Source: a virus
Direction: 5' to 3' (one strand)
Virus record (IMG/VR): IMGVR_UViG_3300032241_003323
Span: 6,042-70,041 of that record
Length of the DNA stretch: 64,000 nucleotides
Positions 38,111 through 47,644 of the stretch are shown here, in pieces (the stretch's first letter is position 1; every line of letters starts with the position of its first letter). The notes beneath the pieces are model-generated. The model was not told where the DNA came from, ran no database searches, and saw only the letters and a list, made by a program, of their open reading frames with translations. Both the position numbers and the translations under genes were made by a program.

Positions 38111-41100
38111 TCAACTATTTTGCTGAGGAAAGATTGTCAATCCAACATTGATAGCCGCCACTTCATCAGCATCGGATAAATAACAGGAGCCACCAAATGA
38201 GAAAGGAACTGCCCCTGTAACAACATTCTTAGAAGCAAGATAATATCTTCCACCCCTAAGAGGCATCACAATATTCACATTGCCAAAATTCTTAATTAAA
38301 ATATCTTTAAATTTAGAAAGTGACAATTTGTTTTTAGTAATTTTTTCTTCATGCTCGACCAAACCATAATGATCCAAAAATTGTTTGGTCGCAGAGTTGT
38401 AATAATAAGCAGTTCCGTTCTTATTGTTTTTCAAATAAGACGAAAGCTTTTTAAGATGCCATTCTTCCACATCATCAACTGAAAGATAAGCAAATCTTGC
38501 TTTCATATGATCCACAGATTCCACTTTCAACAAAGTATTATTGTAAACGAATGGATCTTGATGACTGGTGTAATGAGGTGGAGCATCTTTAAAATGTATA
38601 TTGTGAAGTAGACACATTTCTTTAATCTTCTTCTCAACACCTCGTGCCAACCAATCCATATTTTTATTGTTTTGCTTTTTCGTATTGTTTTTACTTCCAG
38701 TAGAAGAAAGTCCAAATTCTCCACAAATAATATTGCAACCTTCCATATTGGCGATTGTCACAATGGTATTGGAAATTTTGTTAATTTTTTCTCGACATTT
38801 GTTTTTACGACTTCGCTCAAGATCCTTACGGATCTCAAAAATCTCAGGATCATTATCCTGTTTTTGCTCATCGGTACTGATGTTCAAACCAGTGCTTGCT
38901 GCAAAATAAGCACTAATCAAACTCTTTGCCGACCTAAAAGCCGAAAAAGAATGGTGATTCAAAGAGGAAACGTTTCGGATTGAAGCTTGCTCTTTAGCAA
39001 GAAAAGAAATAATTTCTTTGCGACATTCATCCAATTTCACACCAGAAGTTCCTCTAACAATCTTCCTTAAAATTGCAGAGTATTTGTAATTATACTCATA
39101 AAGACTTGGCTTCCGACTCTCAATCTTCTCCAATTCTTCCAACATATCACAATTTTCATTATTTTTTCCAATAATGAAACGATATTTTGAAACGAAATTT
39201 TTACGTTGATTTCTCCAATTTTCATATTTCTCAAAAGATAGACCAGAATAACTCAATGGATCATAATTATTTTGGCCAACTTGAATATTGGAACGAATCT
39301 TTCCTGTTTCATTCACTTGAACATAATGACCCCTGAAAGGGATTGCACCAGAATCAAATGAATTACAAACGTTCATAACAGCATAAGCATGAGATTGAGT
39401 CTGATTCTGATCATAACTCATAATCTTATCTCCCACCTTCAAACCTTCAAACTTTTTATGATTAACTTTAATTTTAAAGTTAATTGTTGCTTTGAAATTA
39501 TTATGATCAAATCTAACACCAATAGAAGCAATTTTCTCGTTCCAATTGATGTTTGGCAAAGAGTTGTTTTTGATTGATTCCTGAAGACGTAGCAACCTTT
39601 TCTTGGTTTTACGGTACTTTTGAGGATTTTCACGCAAAGATTGCAAGCTAGACTCACAAATCTTTTTGCCAATGCCACCAAAACGACCTCCACGAATAGC
39701 TACAGGATCTCCCTTGAATTCAGGATTGTGTGCATAAACCTCTTCTAAAAACCTCACATTGTGAATGTAATAATGATGATCTTCCCATTTTTTGCCATTC
39801 AAGACCCTGAGAATCATCCAAATTCTAGAATCTGGAGATCCTGGACGATCTGTTTTTTTAGCCTTATTAGGGGGAATCAAACAACCATACATTGCCGAAC
39901 CCGTAGAAAATGTATAATTGTTATTTCCGTCTTTGGTAGGATGAACTTTGTGATCTTTATATCTTTGAATCAATTGATTGTACGAAGCCGCACCAATAAT
40001 TTGTTTGCAACTTAGATCTCGTAGAGTCAAAACATACTCACACAAAGATGGAATCGGATCTTTGACAGAACCCCTTAATTCGGAACAATATTCTTTAACT
40101 GCTTCAGTTGAATCCCCAATATTTTTATAAATTTTGAATAACTGAGAAAGATTCTCGCCACCCAAATGGTAAGGACAAATCACAAAATTGTTAGAACCTT
40201 GGAAATAATGGCTATCAAAATAATTGTTAAGCATCGCAGAATTCTGCATAGCTTGAACATTTGATTCTAAATCTTTCTTGTTTTGCAACCTTTTTACAGC
40301 GAAATTATAATTTACAGTGTTTTTAGGTTGAATTTCAGCCAAAGCTGCCTTGAAACATTCGCTATATGCTTTCGGATCATAAGAAAGATCAGATTGAATT
40401 TCAATATATTTAAGAAGACCCTGATTGTTTTTCCAAATCAATTTAGAGCTTTTTTCACAAACAATTTCATCGCATTTTTCCAATACTGATTGAATTGTGT
40501 TGGCTCCTAATTTTTTATTACTGTTTTCCAACAAAATATTCTGAATTTTTCCTCGCCGTCCTGCCGCTTTTCCAACATAAGTCTTGCTAAATTCTTTCAT
40601 ATCTTTTGCACCAGCAGCAGACAAAATAATCTGTTGCAAAACAGAATAATCATCTCCTAAATCTGAATTTAGAATAAGTTCTTTGATCTTTTTAACCACG
40701 CCAACTTTGAATTCCCTATCTTCTTTTTTACCATTGCCAAAAATTCTAGAAATAGATGCCGATGCTTCTATATTTGGAAAATTATAAATTGGCAAAATGT
40801 TTTCACGAACCATGACTTTCAAATCATAATCAAAATCACCAATCTGTGATTTAAGATCTTCATAAGCCCGAAGACCATCAATCCAAACATAATCTTCACC
40901 AATCGGAGAATTCAAAAATTCAGCAGCCAATTCACTGGCTTCGTGGCCAACAACAGATTCAAATTTGCCTCGCATAACAGGTTGAGGAATTTGATATTTC
41001 GCCAAATCAGAATTAGAACGAACAGGTCTAAAGCGATTAATGGCGTAAATCAAATCCATGTCCAAACTTTTTTCTTTTTTGATAATTTTAATATTTTCCC

Positions 41101-41266
41101 GAGCAATTTCAGGAGTTATTCCACCATAAAAAGCAACAAGAAGACCCCGAAAAACATTTGTGGTGTTTTTTAGAGCAACACCTGTATCTCGAAGATACTT
41201 AATGTTCTTCTCACTGTTTGCAAAAAGATTAGAATTATAGGTCTTAATGGCAGTAATCTCAGACAT
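38111..41266 (-). CDS. cas12i: type V-I CRISPR effector Cas12i (about 1051 aa)
   Basis: motifs shared with Cas12i1/i2: FYGGIT, RFLEEVY, RKTKKR, SYDQN (RuvC-I D), CGE (RuvC-II E), MDWLARGV, TSHQDPFV, RGGRYYLA, ADEVAAINVG (RuvC-III D); AAGGA RBS. Confidence 0.93.
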   Translation of the reverse strand: MSEITAIKTYNSNLFANSEKNIKYLRDTGVALKNTTNVFRGLLVAFYGGITPEIARENIKIIKKEKSLDMDLIYAINRFRPVRSNSDLAKYQIPQPVMRGKFESVVGHEASELAAEFLNSPIGEDYVWIDGLRAYEDLKSQIGDFDYDLKVMVRENILPIYNFPNIEASASISRIFGNGKKEDREFKVGVVKKIKELILNSDLGDDYSVLQQIILSAAGAKDMKEFSKTYVGKAAGRRGKIQNILLENSNKKLGANTIQSVLEKCDEIVCEKSSKLIWKNNQGLLKYIEIQSDLSYDPKAYSECFKAALAEIQPKNTVNYNFAVKRLQNKKDLESNVQAMQNSAMLNNYFDSHYFQGSNNFVICPYHLGGENLSQLFKIYKNIGDSTEAVKEYCSELRGSVKDPIPSLCEYVLTLRDLSCKQIIGAASYNQLIQRYKDHKVHPTKDGNNNYTFSTGSAMYGCLIPPNKAKKTDRPGSPDSRIWMILRVLNGKKWEDHHYYIHNVRFLEEVYAHNPEFKGDPVAIRGGRFGGIGKKICESSLQSLRENPQKYRKTKKRLLRLQESIKNNSLPNINWNEKIASIGVRFDHNNFKATINFKIKVNHKKFEGLKVGDKIMSYDQNQTQSHAYAVMNVCNSFDSGAIPFRGHYVQVNETGKIRSNIQVGQNNYDPLSYSGLSFEKYENWRNQRKNFVSKYRFIIGKNNENCDMLEELEKIESRKPSLYEYNYKYSAILRKIVRGTSGVKLDECRKEIISFLAKEQASIRNVSSLNHHSFSAFRSAKSLISAYFAASTGLNISTDEQKQDNDPEIFEIRKDLERSRKNKCREKINKISNTIVTIANMEGCNIICGEFGLSSTGSKNNTKKQNNKNMDWLARGVEKKIKEMCLLHNIHFKDAPPHYTSHQDPFVYNNTLLKVESVDHMKARFAYLSVDDVEEWHLKKLSSYLKNNKNGTAYYYNSATKQFLDHYGLVEHEEKITKNKLSLSKFKDILIKNFGNVNIVMPLRGGRYYLASKNVVTGAVPFSFGGSCYLSDADEVAAINVGLTIFPQQNS

Positions 41267-41295
41267 TTTGAATTCCTTTTTGAAAATGGGAAAAA

Positions 41296-41321
41296 GAGTC
41301 AACGAAGGACGAGCTTGCAAG
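41296..41321 (-). repeat. solitary, internally deleted CRISPR repeat in the cas12i 5' UTR
   Basis: CTTGCAA-GCTC-GTCCTTCGTTGAC-TC: 7-nt and 13-nt blocks identical to the array repeat, in the same orientation. Confidence 0.75.
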
Positions 41322-41345
41322 GTACAAATACGCTAAAATCACTAT

Positions 41346-41873
41346 TCACTTGTTCATAAAATCCATTCGGAAGAATTCAATTGATTTTCCTTTAAATCTT
41401 GAATCATTTTTGTTTTGATTGTAATGATCACGAATCTTTTTAATCTCTTCGGGAGTTAAATTAGAAGATCCTTTTAAATTGTTACAAATAGAACACATGG
41501 TTTGATAGTTTGAGACATAATCTTTGCCACCAAGAGACTTAGGAACAATATGATCCTTAGTCATCAAAATCAATTCGCCATCTTCTTCTGCATAAAGATT
41601 GAAATGCGGACTTTCATCCGAACGAAAACGCTCTAAAAAAAATTTAGTTCCAGCTATGCCACAAGAAACACAATTCATACTTTTTTGAAATGTAAAATAT
41701 CTTTGTGAATTCATCTTTACAAGATACTTCACACCATTAACTTCATATTCTCTTTTCGGATCAAATTCAAAAGAATTTTCGATAAATGGCATTACGTCTT
41801 CAATTTTGAATTCACCGAGCCTAATAAGATTCTTTGTATTTTTTTGTTGGTTTTTTTGGCGACAACCAGACAT
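41346..41873 (-). CDS. HNH endonuclease
   Basis: CVSCG...MTKDHIVPKSLGG.D..SNYQTMCSICNNLKG. Confidence 0.85.
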   Translation of the reverse strand: MSGCRQKNQQKNTKNLIRLGEFKIEDVMPFIENSFEFDPKREYEVNGVKYLVKMNSQRYFTFQKSMNCVSCGIAGTKFFLERFRSDESPHFNLYAEEDGELILMTKDHIVPKSLGGKDYVSNYQTMCSICNNLKGSSNLTPEEIKKIRDHYNQNKNDSRFKGKSIEFFRMDFMNK

Positions 41874-41963
41874 GAACAAAACTCCAGTTTTTAGAAAAAT
41901 TTTTCAATACCCAATAAACTAATACCATGAATTCTAAATAAGTCAATATTTTTCTTAACAACC

Positions 41964-42120
41964 AAAAAAAATAAAAAGCCAGCCTGAAAAGGATGGCTGT
42001 GTATCTCTGACATCTCTTTAAGGAGGAAAATACTATTCCATCCAATATCGGCGTGCCAGAAGCCGCTGGCATTGTTTGGCCAAGTTTTTGCCATTTTCGG
42101 TCAACGCAACCGAACAAAAA
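41964..42120 (-). ncRNA. candidate structured RNA / attenuator ending in an intrinsic terminator
   Basis: GC-enriched intergenic region with several hairpins; GCCATCCT-TTTC-AGGCTGGC followed by a U-tract. Confidence 0.4.
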
Positions 42121-42126
42121 GCATAT

Positions 42127-42306
42127 TCAAATACAGCCCAAAGCCTTTTTACCTTTTTTCTTGCATGCCTCTGGACCATGAAACCCAATAGTATCAAGAG
42201 GCTTTCTTCTGACCATTTCTCCAGCCCCTATAGGCAAAGAATATACCGCAATTGAATTGGTTCCTGTGCCAGATTCCTTTAACTCAAGCCACTCTTTAAA
42301 TCCCAT
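42127..42306 (-). CDS. 59-aa ORF MGFKEWLELKE...; putative internal head protein
   Basis: read manually; AGGAG RBS. Confidence 0.55.
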   Translation of the reverse strand: MGFKEWLELKESGTGTNSIAVYSLPIGAGEMVRRKPLDTIGFHGPEACKKKGKKALGCI

Positions 42307-42318
42307 AAATAGCTCCTA

Positions 42319-42786
42319 TTAAGACATAGCTGGAGGACCAGATTGACCTTGCAATGCTGGAGTCCATCCAGTAGTGATAAATTTTTCCAATTCCTCTCGA
42401 CCCAAATGATATTCTTTCGTGTCTTTATAACTGGACTTATTCAATCTATTGCCATGCAAATAACTTCTATCACGTTTTTGTGGTTTAAGTCGAATAGAAG
42501 CACCTCCTTGTGGAGTCATAGAACCAGGAACGATTTCCCAAGCTGAAAGTTTGTACATAACATCTGGATCTTTTCCAATACCAAAGTGAGCAGAAACTTG
42601 TGGTTCTTTTAGTGCTTTAACAATGTCTTTCCATTCAATTCCCATTTCATCGCCAAGAACAGCAAAATAATCTTCTTTATCTGAAGATTTATCTGAATTA
42701 TCACCCATAGACGAATCACGAGATTTTTCTGGAGTTGGGTCCATATCTTCTATAAATTTCTTAAAACCATATAAAGTGAATTTCAT
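42319..42786 (-). CDS. hypothetical protein (MKFTLYGFKKFIE start)
   Basis: true start is probably 42786; the upstream extension overlaps the divergent gene. Confidence 0.6.
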   Translation of the reverse strand: MKFTLYGFKKFIEDMDPTPEKSRDSSMGDNSDKSSDKEDYFAVLGDEMGIEWKDIVKALKEPQVSAHFGIGKDPDVMYKLSAWEIVPGSMTPQGGASIRLKPQKRDRSYLHGNRLNKSSYKDTKEYHLGREELEKFITTGWTPALQGQSGPPAMS

Positions 42787-42814
42787 AATTGTATATATAA
42801 TAGTCGGAGGAATT

Positions 42815-43255
42815 ATGAATAATAACAAATATTTTAACACACCATCTCCAGGATTTTCTAAATTCCGTGAACTTATGGATTGCTGGGATAAACACTGTTT
42901 TTTTGAACAACAAGAAAAATCTATTAATGATCTAATGGATCGCCACGGAATGATACTATTTTTCAAAAAAGATAACGATTTGTTTGGATCACCTGAAGAT
43001 AGCCGATTAATATTTGCAAAATTAAAAAATGATGAAGAAGACGATCCAATGCAACCTGGATTTAAAGATGAAGCTAAATTTTTAGGAATTAATATTCTAA
43101 AAGCTATGTTTGGATCTTCTGAAGATTCTGTAGAAAATTTATTTGGCAACAATGATATTCCGCATATTCATGTCTGTGATAGAGAAGATGTCATTAAAAC
43201 AATCATGAGTCATAAACCAAAAAAAGAAAAATCCAAAAAGAAGAAAAAGAAATAA
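42815..43255 (+). CDS. hypothetical protein
   Basis: GGAGG RBS before MNNNKY. Confidence 0.6.
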   Translation: MNNNKYFNTPSPGFSKFRELMDCWDKHCFFEQQEKSINDLMDRHGMILFFKKDNDLFGSPEDSRLIFAKLKNDEEDDPMQPGFKDEAKFLGINILKAMFGSSEDSVENLFGNNDIPHIHVCDREDVIKTIMSHKPKKEKSKKKKKK

Positions 43256-43262
43256 GGTTTAA

Positions 43263-43931
43263 ATGTTACCATTCCCTTCAGATAACGGCAAAAGAAAGTA
43301 TCAATGCTTTGTTTGTGGAATAACTTTTGAAGAATATGAAAATTATAAAAATCACATTCTTGAAAGCCACGAAGAGGGCAGAGAATTTGTAATTTGTCCT
43401 CTTAATCGTTGCGGAGCACCAGTTAGAGATTTAAGATCCCATTATAAATCACGCCATCCGTATGAAAAGTCCGTTCCGAAAACAGGGCAAATGAAAGCTA
43501 TTATCTGGAAAGATCAAAGCTCCAAAAAAGATGGAAAACTAAAACAAAGAAAACCCAAATTTAGAGAAGGTTATTTAATATCAACTAAAAATGGTGGAAA
43601 AGAAATGCATTATAGATCAGGAATGGAATGCAATGTCTATGAATGCCTAGAAGCAATGACAGAATGTATTGGATATGAAGTCGAACCTTTTAAAGTTCAA
43701 TATTCATTTATGGGAGAAATTCACGAATATAATCCAGACTTAAAAGTATGTTTTGCAGATGGAAGAATTGAAATTTGGGAAATTAAACCATCAAACCAAA
43801 CACATCTGCCCAAAAATTCAGCTAAATGGGCAGCGTGCAATCAATATTGTGAAGCAAGAGGGTATGGATTTATGGTTTTAACAGAAATTGGAATGAATAA
43901 ATTAAAACAATCACTGACCAAGAATCTTTAA
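43263..43931 (+). CDS. C2H2 zinc fingers fused to a TnsA/gp4-like PD-(D/E)xK endonuclease
   Basis: CFVC..F..Y..H...H; CPLNRC...H....H; YRSGME, YNPD, EIKP, KWAAC. Confidence 0.75.
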   Translation: MLPFPSDNGKRKYQCFVCGITFEEYENYKNHILESHEEGREFVICPLNRCGAPVRDLRSHYKSRHPYEKSVPKTGQMKAIIWKDQSSKKDGKLKQRKPKFREGYLISTKNGGKEMHYRSGMECNVYECLEAMTECIGYEVEPFKVQYSFMGEIHEYNPDLKVCFADGRIEIWEIKPSNQTHLPKNSAKWAACNQYCEARGYGFMVLTEIGMNKLKQSLTKNL

Positions 43932-44513
43932 ATCCATCAAAATGTTTTTCCCTTTTTCATACAACTCTTCTTTTGTACCATCGTTTGAAATAATGTTTTC
44001 AAAATCAGAAGAAAATAGAGAATTTTCACTGGCATGATTGGATGAATACTGAACATTTGATCTAACAATATACAAACAATAAGCATTCATTTCTTTTAGA
44101 ACGCTCAGTTCATTTGGAAATCTTAAATCATCGCAAACAAACAAACCTTCAGAAAACCTTCGTTTGAATTCTTTTATGTGAAAATCTACATCATGATCAC
44201 GCAAAACATCTGTTCCAATATATTCTAAAGCCTCTCTTCTTGTTTTAAATTGTTTTTCTGATTTAAATACAATATTTTGTCCGATAATTTTCGATAAATG
44301 GTCACATGCAATCTCATCCCATAAAACAGGATTATATAGTAAAGATTCTTTTCCTTCTGGGCTATTTAATTCGTCTTGATTCCAGTTATATAATTTACCA
44401 ACATACTCTTTTAAACCAGTTGCAAAACTTGCTTTTTCATAGCCATGCTCAATAAATACTTGAGCTAAAGTTGTTTTGCCACTAAGCTTCTTGCCAGCAA
44501 TACCAATAATCAT
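43911..44513 (-). CDS. deoxynucleoside monophosphate kinase
   Basis: IIGIAGKKLSGKTT, SFATGLK, R..LEYIGTD, DDLRFPNE, HASE. Confidence 0.88.
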   Translation of the reverse strand: MIIGIAGKKLSGKTTLAQVFIEHGYEKASFATGLKEYVGKLYNWNQDELNSPEGKESLLYNPVLWDEIACDHLSKIIGQNIVFKSEKQFKTRREALEYIGTDVLRDHDVDFHIKEFKRRFSEGLFVCDDLRFPNELSVLKEMNAYCLYIVRSNVQYSSNHASENSLFSSDFENIISNDGTKEELYEKGKNILMDLKILGQ

Positions 44514-44587
44514 GTTTAGATTCCTTTATTGTTGCCAAAGTCAGCATTTATTTTAATTCAAACAGTCTTTTTATTCAATTGATAATC

Positions 44588-44872
44588 ATGATCTTTAAGA
44601 AAATATTTAAGAAAAAGAAAAAATTAAAAAAAGTTTGTGGCAATTGTTTGCTTTACAACAACAAGAAAAAAGAATGTAAGGTTGCAATTATATTAGAAGG
44701 CGAAGAATATCACATGCCAGTTCACCACGACGACAAATGTCACATGGACGAATTAAATATTCCAGTAGAACAAGTCAGATGGTGGGTTGAAGATGAAAAT
44801 GGAAAACCAACAGAAGGAAAAGGAAAAGTTAAAATGGAATACCCAATTGGATTTTTTGGACAGGAGCAATAA
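44588..44872 (+). CDS. hypothetical protein with a Cys motif
   Basis: CGNC...C...C. Confidence 0.55.
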   Translation: MIFKKIFKKKKKLKKVCGNCLLYNNKKKECKVAIILEGEEYHMPVHHDDKCHMDELNIPVEQVRWWVEDENGKPTEGKGKVKMEYPIGFFGQEQ

Positions 44873-45522
44873 TGTCATGTAGCCCACCATATTGCAAAGG
44901 ATCTGGAGGATTTTGTAACTGTAATTGCAACTGCTGTCCCCCTTCACCTTGTTATACAAGCTGGGTGTATTCTTATGATTGTGGAAGCCCATCATCACAA
45001 TGGAACCCAAGTATCGTGCCGAACTTAGGATGCAATTGCACTCAAATTTATTTCACTAAATACAAACCTACTCAAGCTGAAAATGATGGCTATGTATTTA
45101 TACAAGGCACTGGTGGTGGAGGTAGTGGAGGTCCATGTTCTACTCCTTGCACAAAAGCGACCGCAACACTTACATCGAATGCATGCTGTCTTAATGGGAC
45201 CGGAAATTCTTTTGTTGTAATTGGAACAAAAGGTCAATACTACACTGCAACATTAACCTTAAACAATCCCACATGTGCTACATCCATGGAAGTATCTTTA
45301 GGTTCAACATCAGGAGGAACTTTTCATTCCGGGACTTCAGTAACAATAACAGTTCCAGCATGCACAACAATTAATGCAGGAGTTTTAGTGCCACAAGCAG
45401 TTGACTGTTGTGTATGCTGCAAACCGGGCACTAGCAATCCTGGAAATCAAATTGCATTTAGATCAAAGAAGATAACACCTATAAAAACTAAGTTTATTTC
45501 AAAAACAAAAAAATCAAGTTAA
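44872..45522 (+). CDS. Cys/Gly/Thr-rich protein, possibly a virion fibre or decoration protein
   Basis: many Cys residues and GGGGSGG linkers. Confidence 0.5.
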   Translation: MSCSPPYCKGSGGFCNCNCNCCPPSPCYTSWVYSYDCGSPSSQWNPSIVPNLGCNCTQIYFTKYKPTQAENDGYVFIQGTGGGGSGGPCSTPCTKATATLTSNACCLNGTGNSFVVIGTKGQYYTATLTLNNPTCATSMEVSLGSTSGGTFHSGTSVTITVPACTTINAGVLVPQAVDCCVCCKPGTSNPGNQIAFRSKKITPIKTKFISKTKKSS

Positions 45523-47541
45523 AGAAATCTTTTTAAAATGTTTCATTGCCTCTTCGGCAGATTCTTTTTTCATGTTAATTAGTGTCTTAAATTTTTCAAA
45601 GTTCATGCTGGCAACATCATCAACCGTTTTAAATCCAGCATCATATAACTTTTGAGCCCTTACCTTGCCAATGTTAGGAACTCGACACAAATCAACAAGA
45701 TAAGATGGAACACCGTTTATAACCCTGCTCTCCAAATTAGTAAAAAATCCATCTTTTTGCCAATTGCCCCCAAAAGCATCCAAAGCACGAAGAACTTGGG
45801 ACATTCTTCCAAAATCAAATTGAAGTGTTCTTTGTGTGGTAGCACATGCTTGTGTGTTTTTGCCAGTCAACAAACTGTAGTAACAAAATCCAGCCTTTAA
45901 AGAACTATCGTTAAGGTATTTATCCGGCATCATAGCCTTAACTTTTGCTGCATACATACTCATCTCTTCTTTTTCTAATCTAGAAACGATAGCCAATCTT
46001 TGACTATCAATGTCGCCCAAAGCAATCGACAAATAATAATCATTATTTTCTCGATTATCAGCGAAAAGTTCTTTAAAGTTAAAATAAAGACCCGAGACAT
46101 CAAATGGACTAAAATAAAACATACTAGAAACTTTGCCAATTGGACGACAAGACCACTGACCATCTTCTTGGAAAATTGCACCAAGTTTAGATAAAAGAGT
46201 CAGTGTTGCATCTACAACTGTTTGATCTAACGTCTTATTTTGAAAATAAGCCAAAGATCGACCATACCAATGATGCACATCATCGGTAGTTTTTATATCT
46301 CCATGATAAATTTCGCTGACAAGATGAAATGCCAATGTTTTATGATGATTTCCATTTTTTTCTAAAAGTTGAGATTCAATTCTATTCGGTTTGCTAAATT
46401 TTTGACGATACATAGATTCTTTAGATTCTGGGACAAGAATATAAGCATCTCCCATTGGATCAATTCCAAGCCTACCGCTTCTTCCAATCATCTGAAGAAT
46501 ATCATGAGTTTCTACTTCATTAATTCCTCGATGAACTCCTAAAATAATAACCCTTCGAGCAGGAAGATTTAACCCCCAAGCTAGGGTTGAAGTGGCAACA
46601 ATGACACGAAGTTTAGGGTCATTTTTAAAGCGATCTTCTACTTTAGCTCTTTCTCCAGCTTCCAAATCGGCATTATGAAACTGAGCTTCTACTCCAATAG
46701 AGCGAAGCTGTTGTTTCATTAAATCCCCGGTTCTTTTTGTATGAGCAAATATCAAAAATTTATCGTCAGGATACCACTCAACAATTTCCAATGCTTTGTT
46801 TACTTTTTCTTCTTCAACTTGATCATATCGACCAACATCATAATAAGACTCATAATGAACAGTTAAAGGAACTGGTCGATATTTTGACTTCAACATGAAT
46901 GTATCACGTTTTGTCAATGAGTAAGAAATCCAATCGGCAATTTCTTCAACATTAGGCATTGTGGCAGAAAGCAATACCAATCTTGCATTGGGATTAATTT
47001 CTGTAAATTTCATCAATCCAACTTCTAAATGATCTCCACGACCAGCAACAGTTAAAAGATGGCTTTCATCAATGACCAAAGTTCCAATTTCTTTTAGAAA
47101 TTCTGAATTTTCTGTTTTATAATTACGACACCTACTGTTTAACATTTCAGATGTCATAATAATAATATTTGCATCATTCAATTCTTTTACACGTTCTTTA
47201 GTTAATCGAAAATCTCCAGTACAAATAGAAATTTTCTGATCATGGAAGTGATAGTTTTTATTTTCCCAATCATTAATTTTTTCACGAGCTAACGCACGAA
47301 GTGGGGCCAAATACATTCCTTTTCCGCCCCTTTTACGGATTTCTTGACTGATAAATTGTTCTGCAATTACAGTTTTTCCTGCACTTGTGGCGGCAGCAAT
47401 TAAACCATTTGTATCTTTATCGTAAAATTCCATAATCCGGCTTTGAACCGGATTGAACTTTTCAAATTTCCATTTTGCATAAGGATATTCGGTTGTGGCA
47501 ACTAAAATCGGCTGATCTTCGACTTTGACAACTGGCGGCAT
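45514..47541 (-). CDS. Ski2-like (Hel308-type) SF2 helicase
   Basis: TSAGKT, PLRALA, DESH, LSAT, TSTLAWGLNLPA, QMIGRSGR, C-terminal HhH (IGKVRA). Confidence 0.9.
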   Translation of the reverse strand: MPPVVKVEDQPILVATTEYPYAKWKFEKFNPVQSRIMEFYDKDTNGLIAAATSAGKTVIAEQFISQEIRKRGGKGMYLAPLRALAREKINDWENKNYHFHDQKISICTGDFRLTKERVKELNDANIIIMTSEMLNSRCRNYKTENSEFLKEIGTLVIDESHLLTVAGRGDHLEVGLMKFTEINPNARLVLLSATMPNVEEIADWISYSLTKRDTFMLKSKYRPVPLTVHYESYYDVGRYDQVEEEKVNKALEIVEWYPDDKFLIFAHTKRTGDLMKQQLRSIGVEAQFHNADLEAGERAKVEDRFKNDPKLRVIVATSTLAWGLNLPARRVIILGVHRGINEVETHDILQMIGRSGRLGIDPMGDAYILVPESKESMYRQKFSKPNRIESQLLEKNGNHHKTLAFHLVSEIYHGDIKTTDDVHHWYGRSLAYFQNKTLDQTVVDATLTLLSKLGAIFQEDGQWSCRPIGKVSSMFYFSPFDVSGLYFNFKELFADNRENNDYYLSIALGDIDSQRLAIVSRLEKEEMSMYAAKVKAMMPDKYLNDSSLKAGFCYYSLLTGKNTQACATTQRTLQFDFGRMSQVLRALDAFGGNWQKDGFFTNLESRVINGVPSYLVDLCRVPNIGKVRAQKLYDAGFKTVDDVASMNFEKFKTLINMKKESAEEAMKHFKKISLT

Positions 47542-47610
47542 TTGATTCTCCTGAATTTGATGAAATCAAACTAAACCACAACACAAGAAAAAATGCAATG
47601 TCAAAAAAAA

Positions 47611-47640
47611 TAAAGGGGAGAGTTTTACCTCTCCCCTTTA
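47611..47640 (-). terminator. intrinsic terminator
   Basis: TAAAGGGGAGAG..CTCTCCCCTTTA stem with a U-tract on the - strand. Confidence 0.7.
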
Positions 47641-47644
47641 TTCG

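Noticed and set aside
41267-41320. 18-aa N-terminal extension of Cas12i from the TTG at 41320
   Set aside because: The ATG at 41266 has an RBS and fits Cas12i N-termini; the extension is the repeat-like UTR
42787-43152. Long N-terminal extension of ORF 42319-43152
   Set aside because: It is antisense to the divergent gene, which has a strong GGAGG RBS
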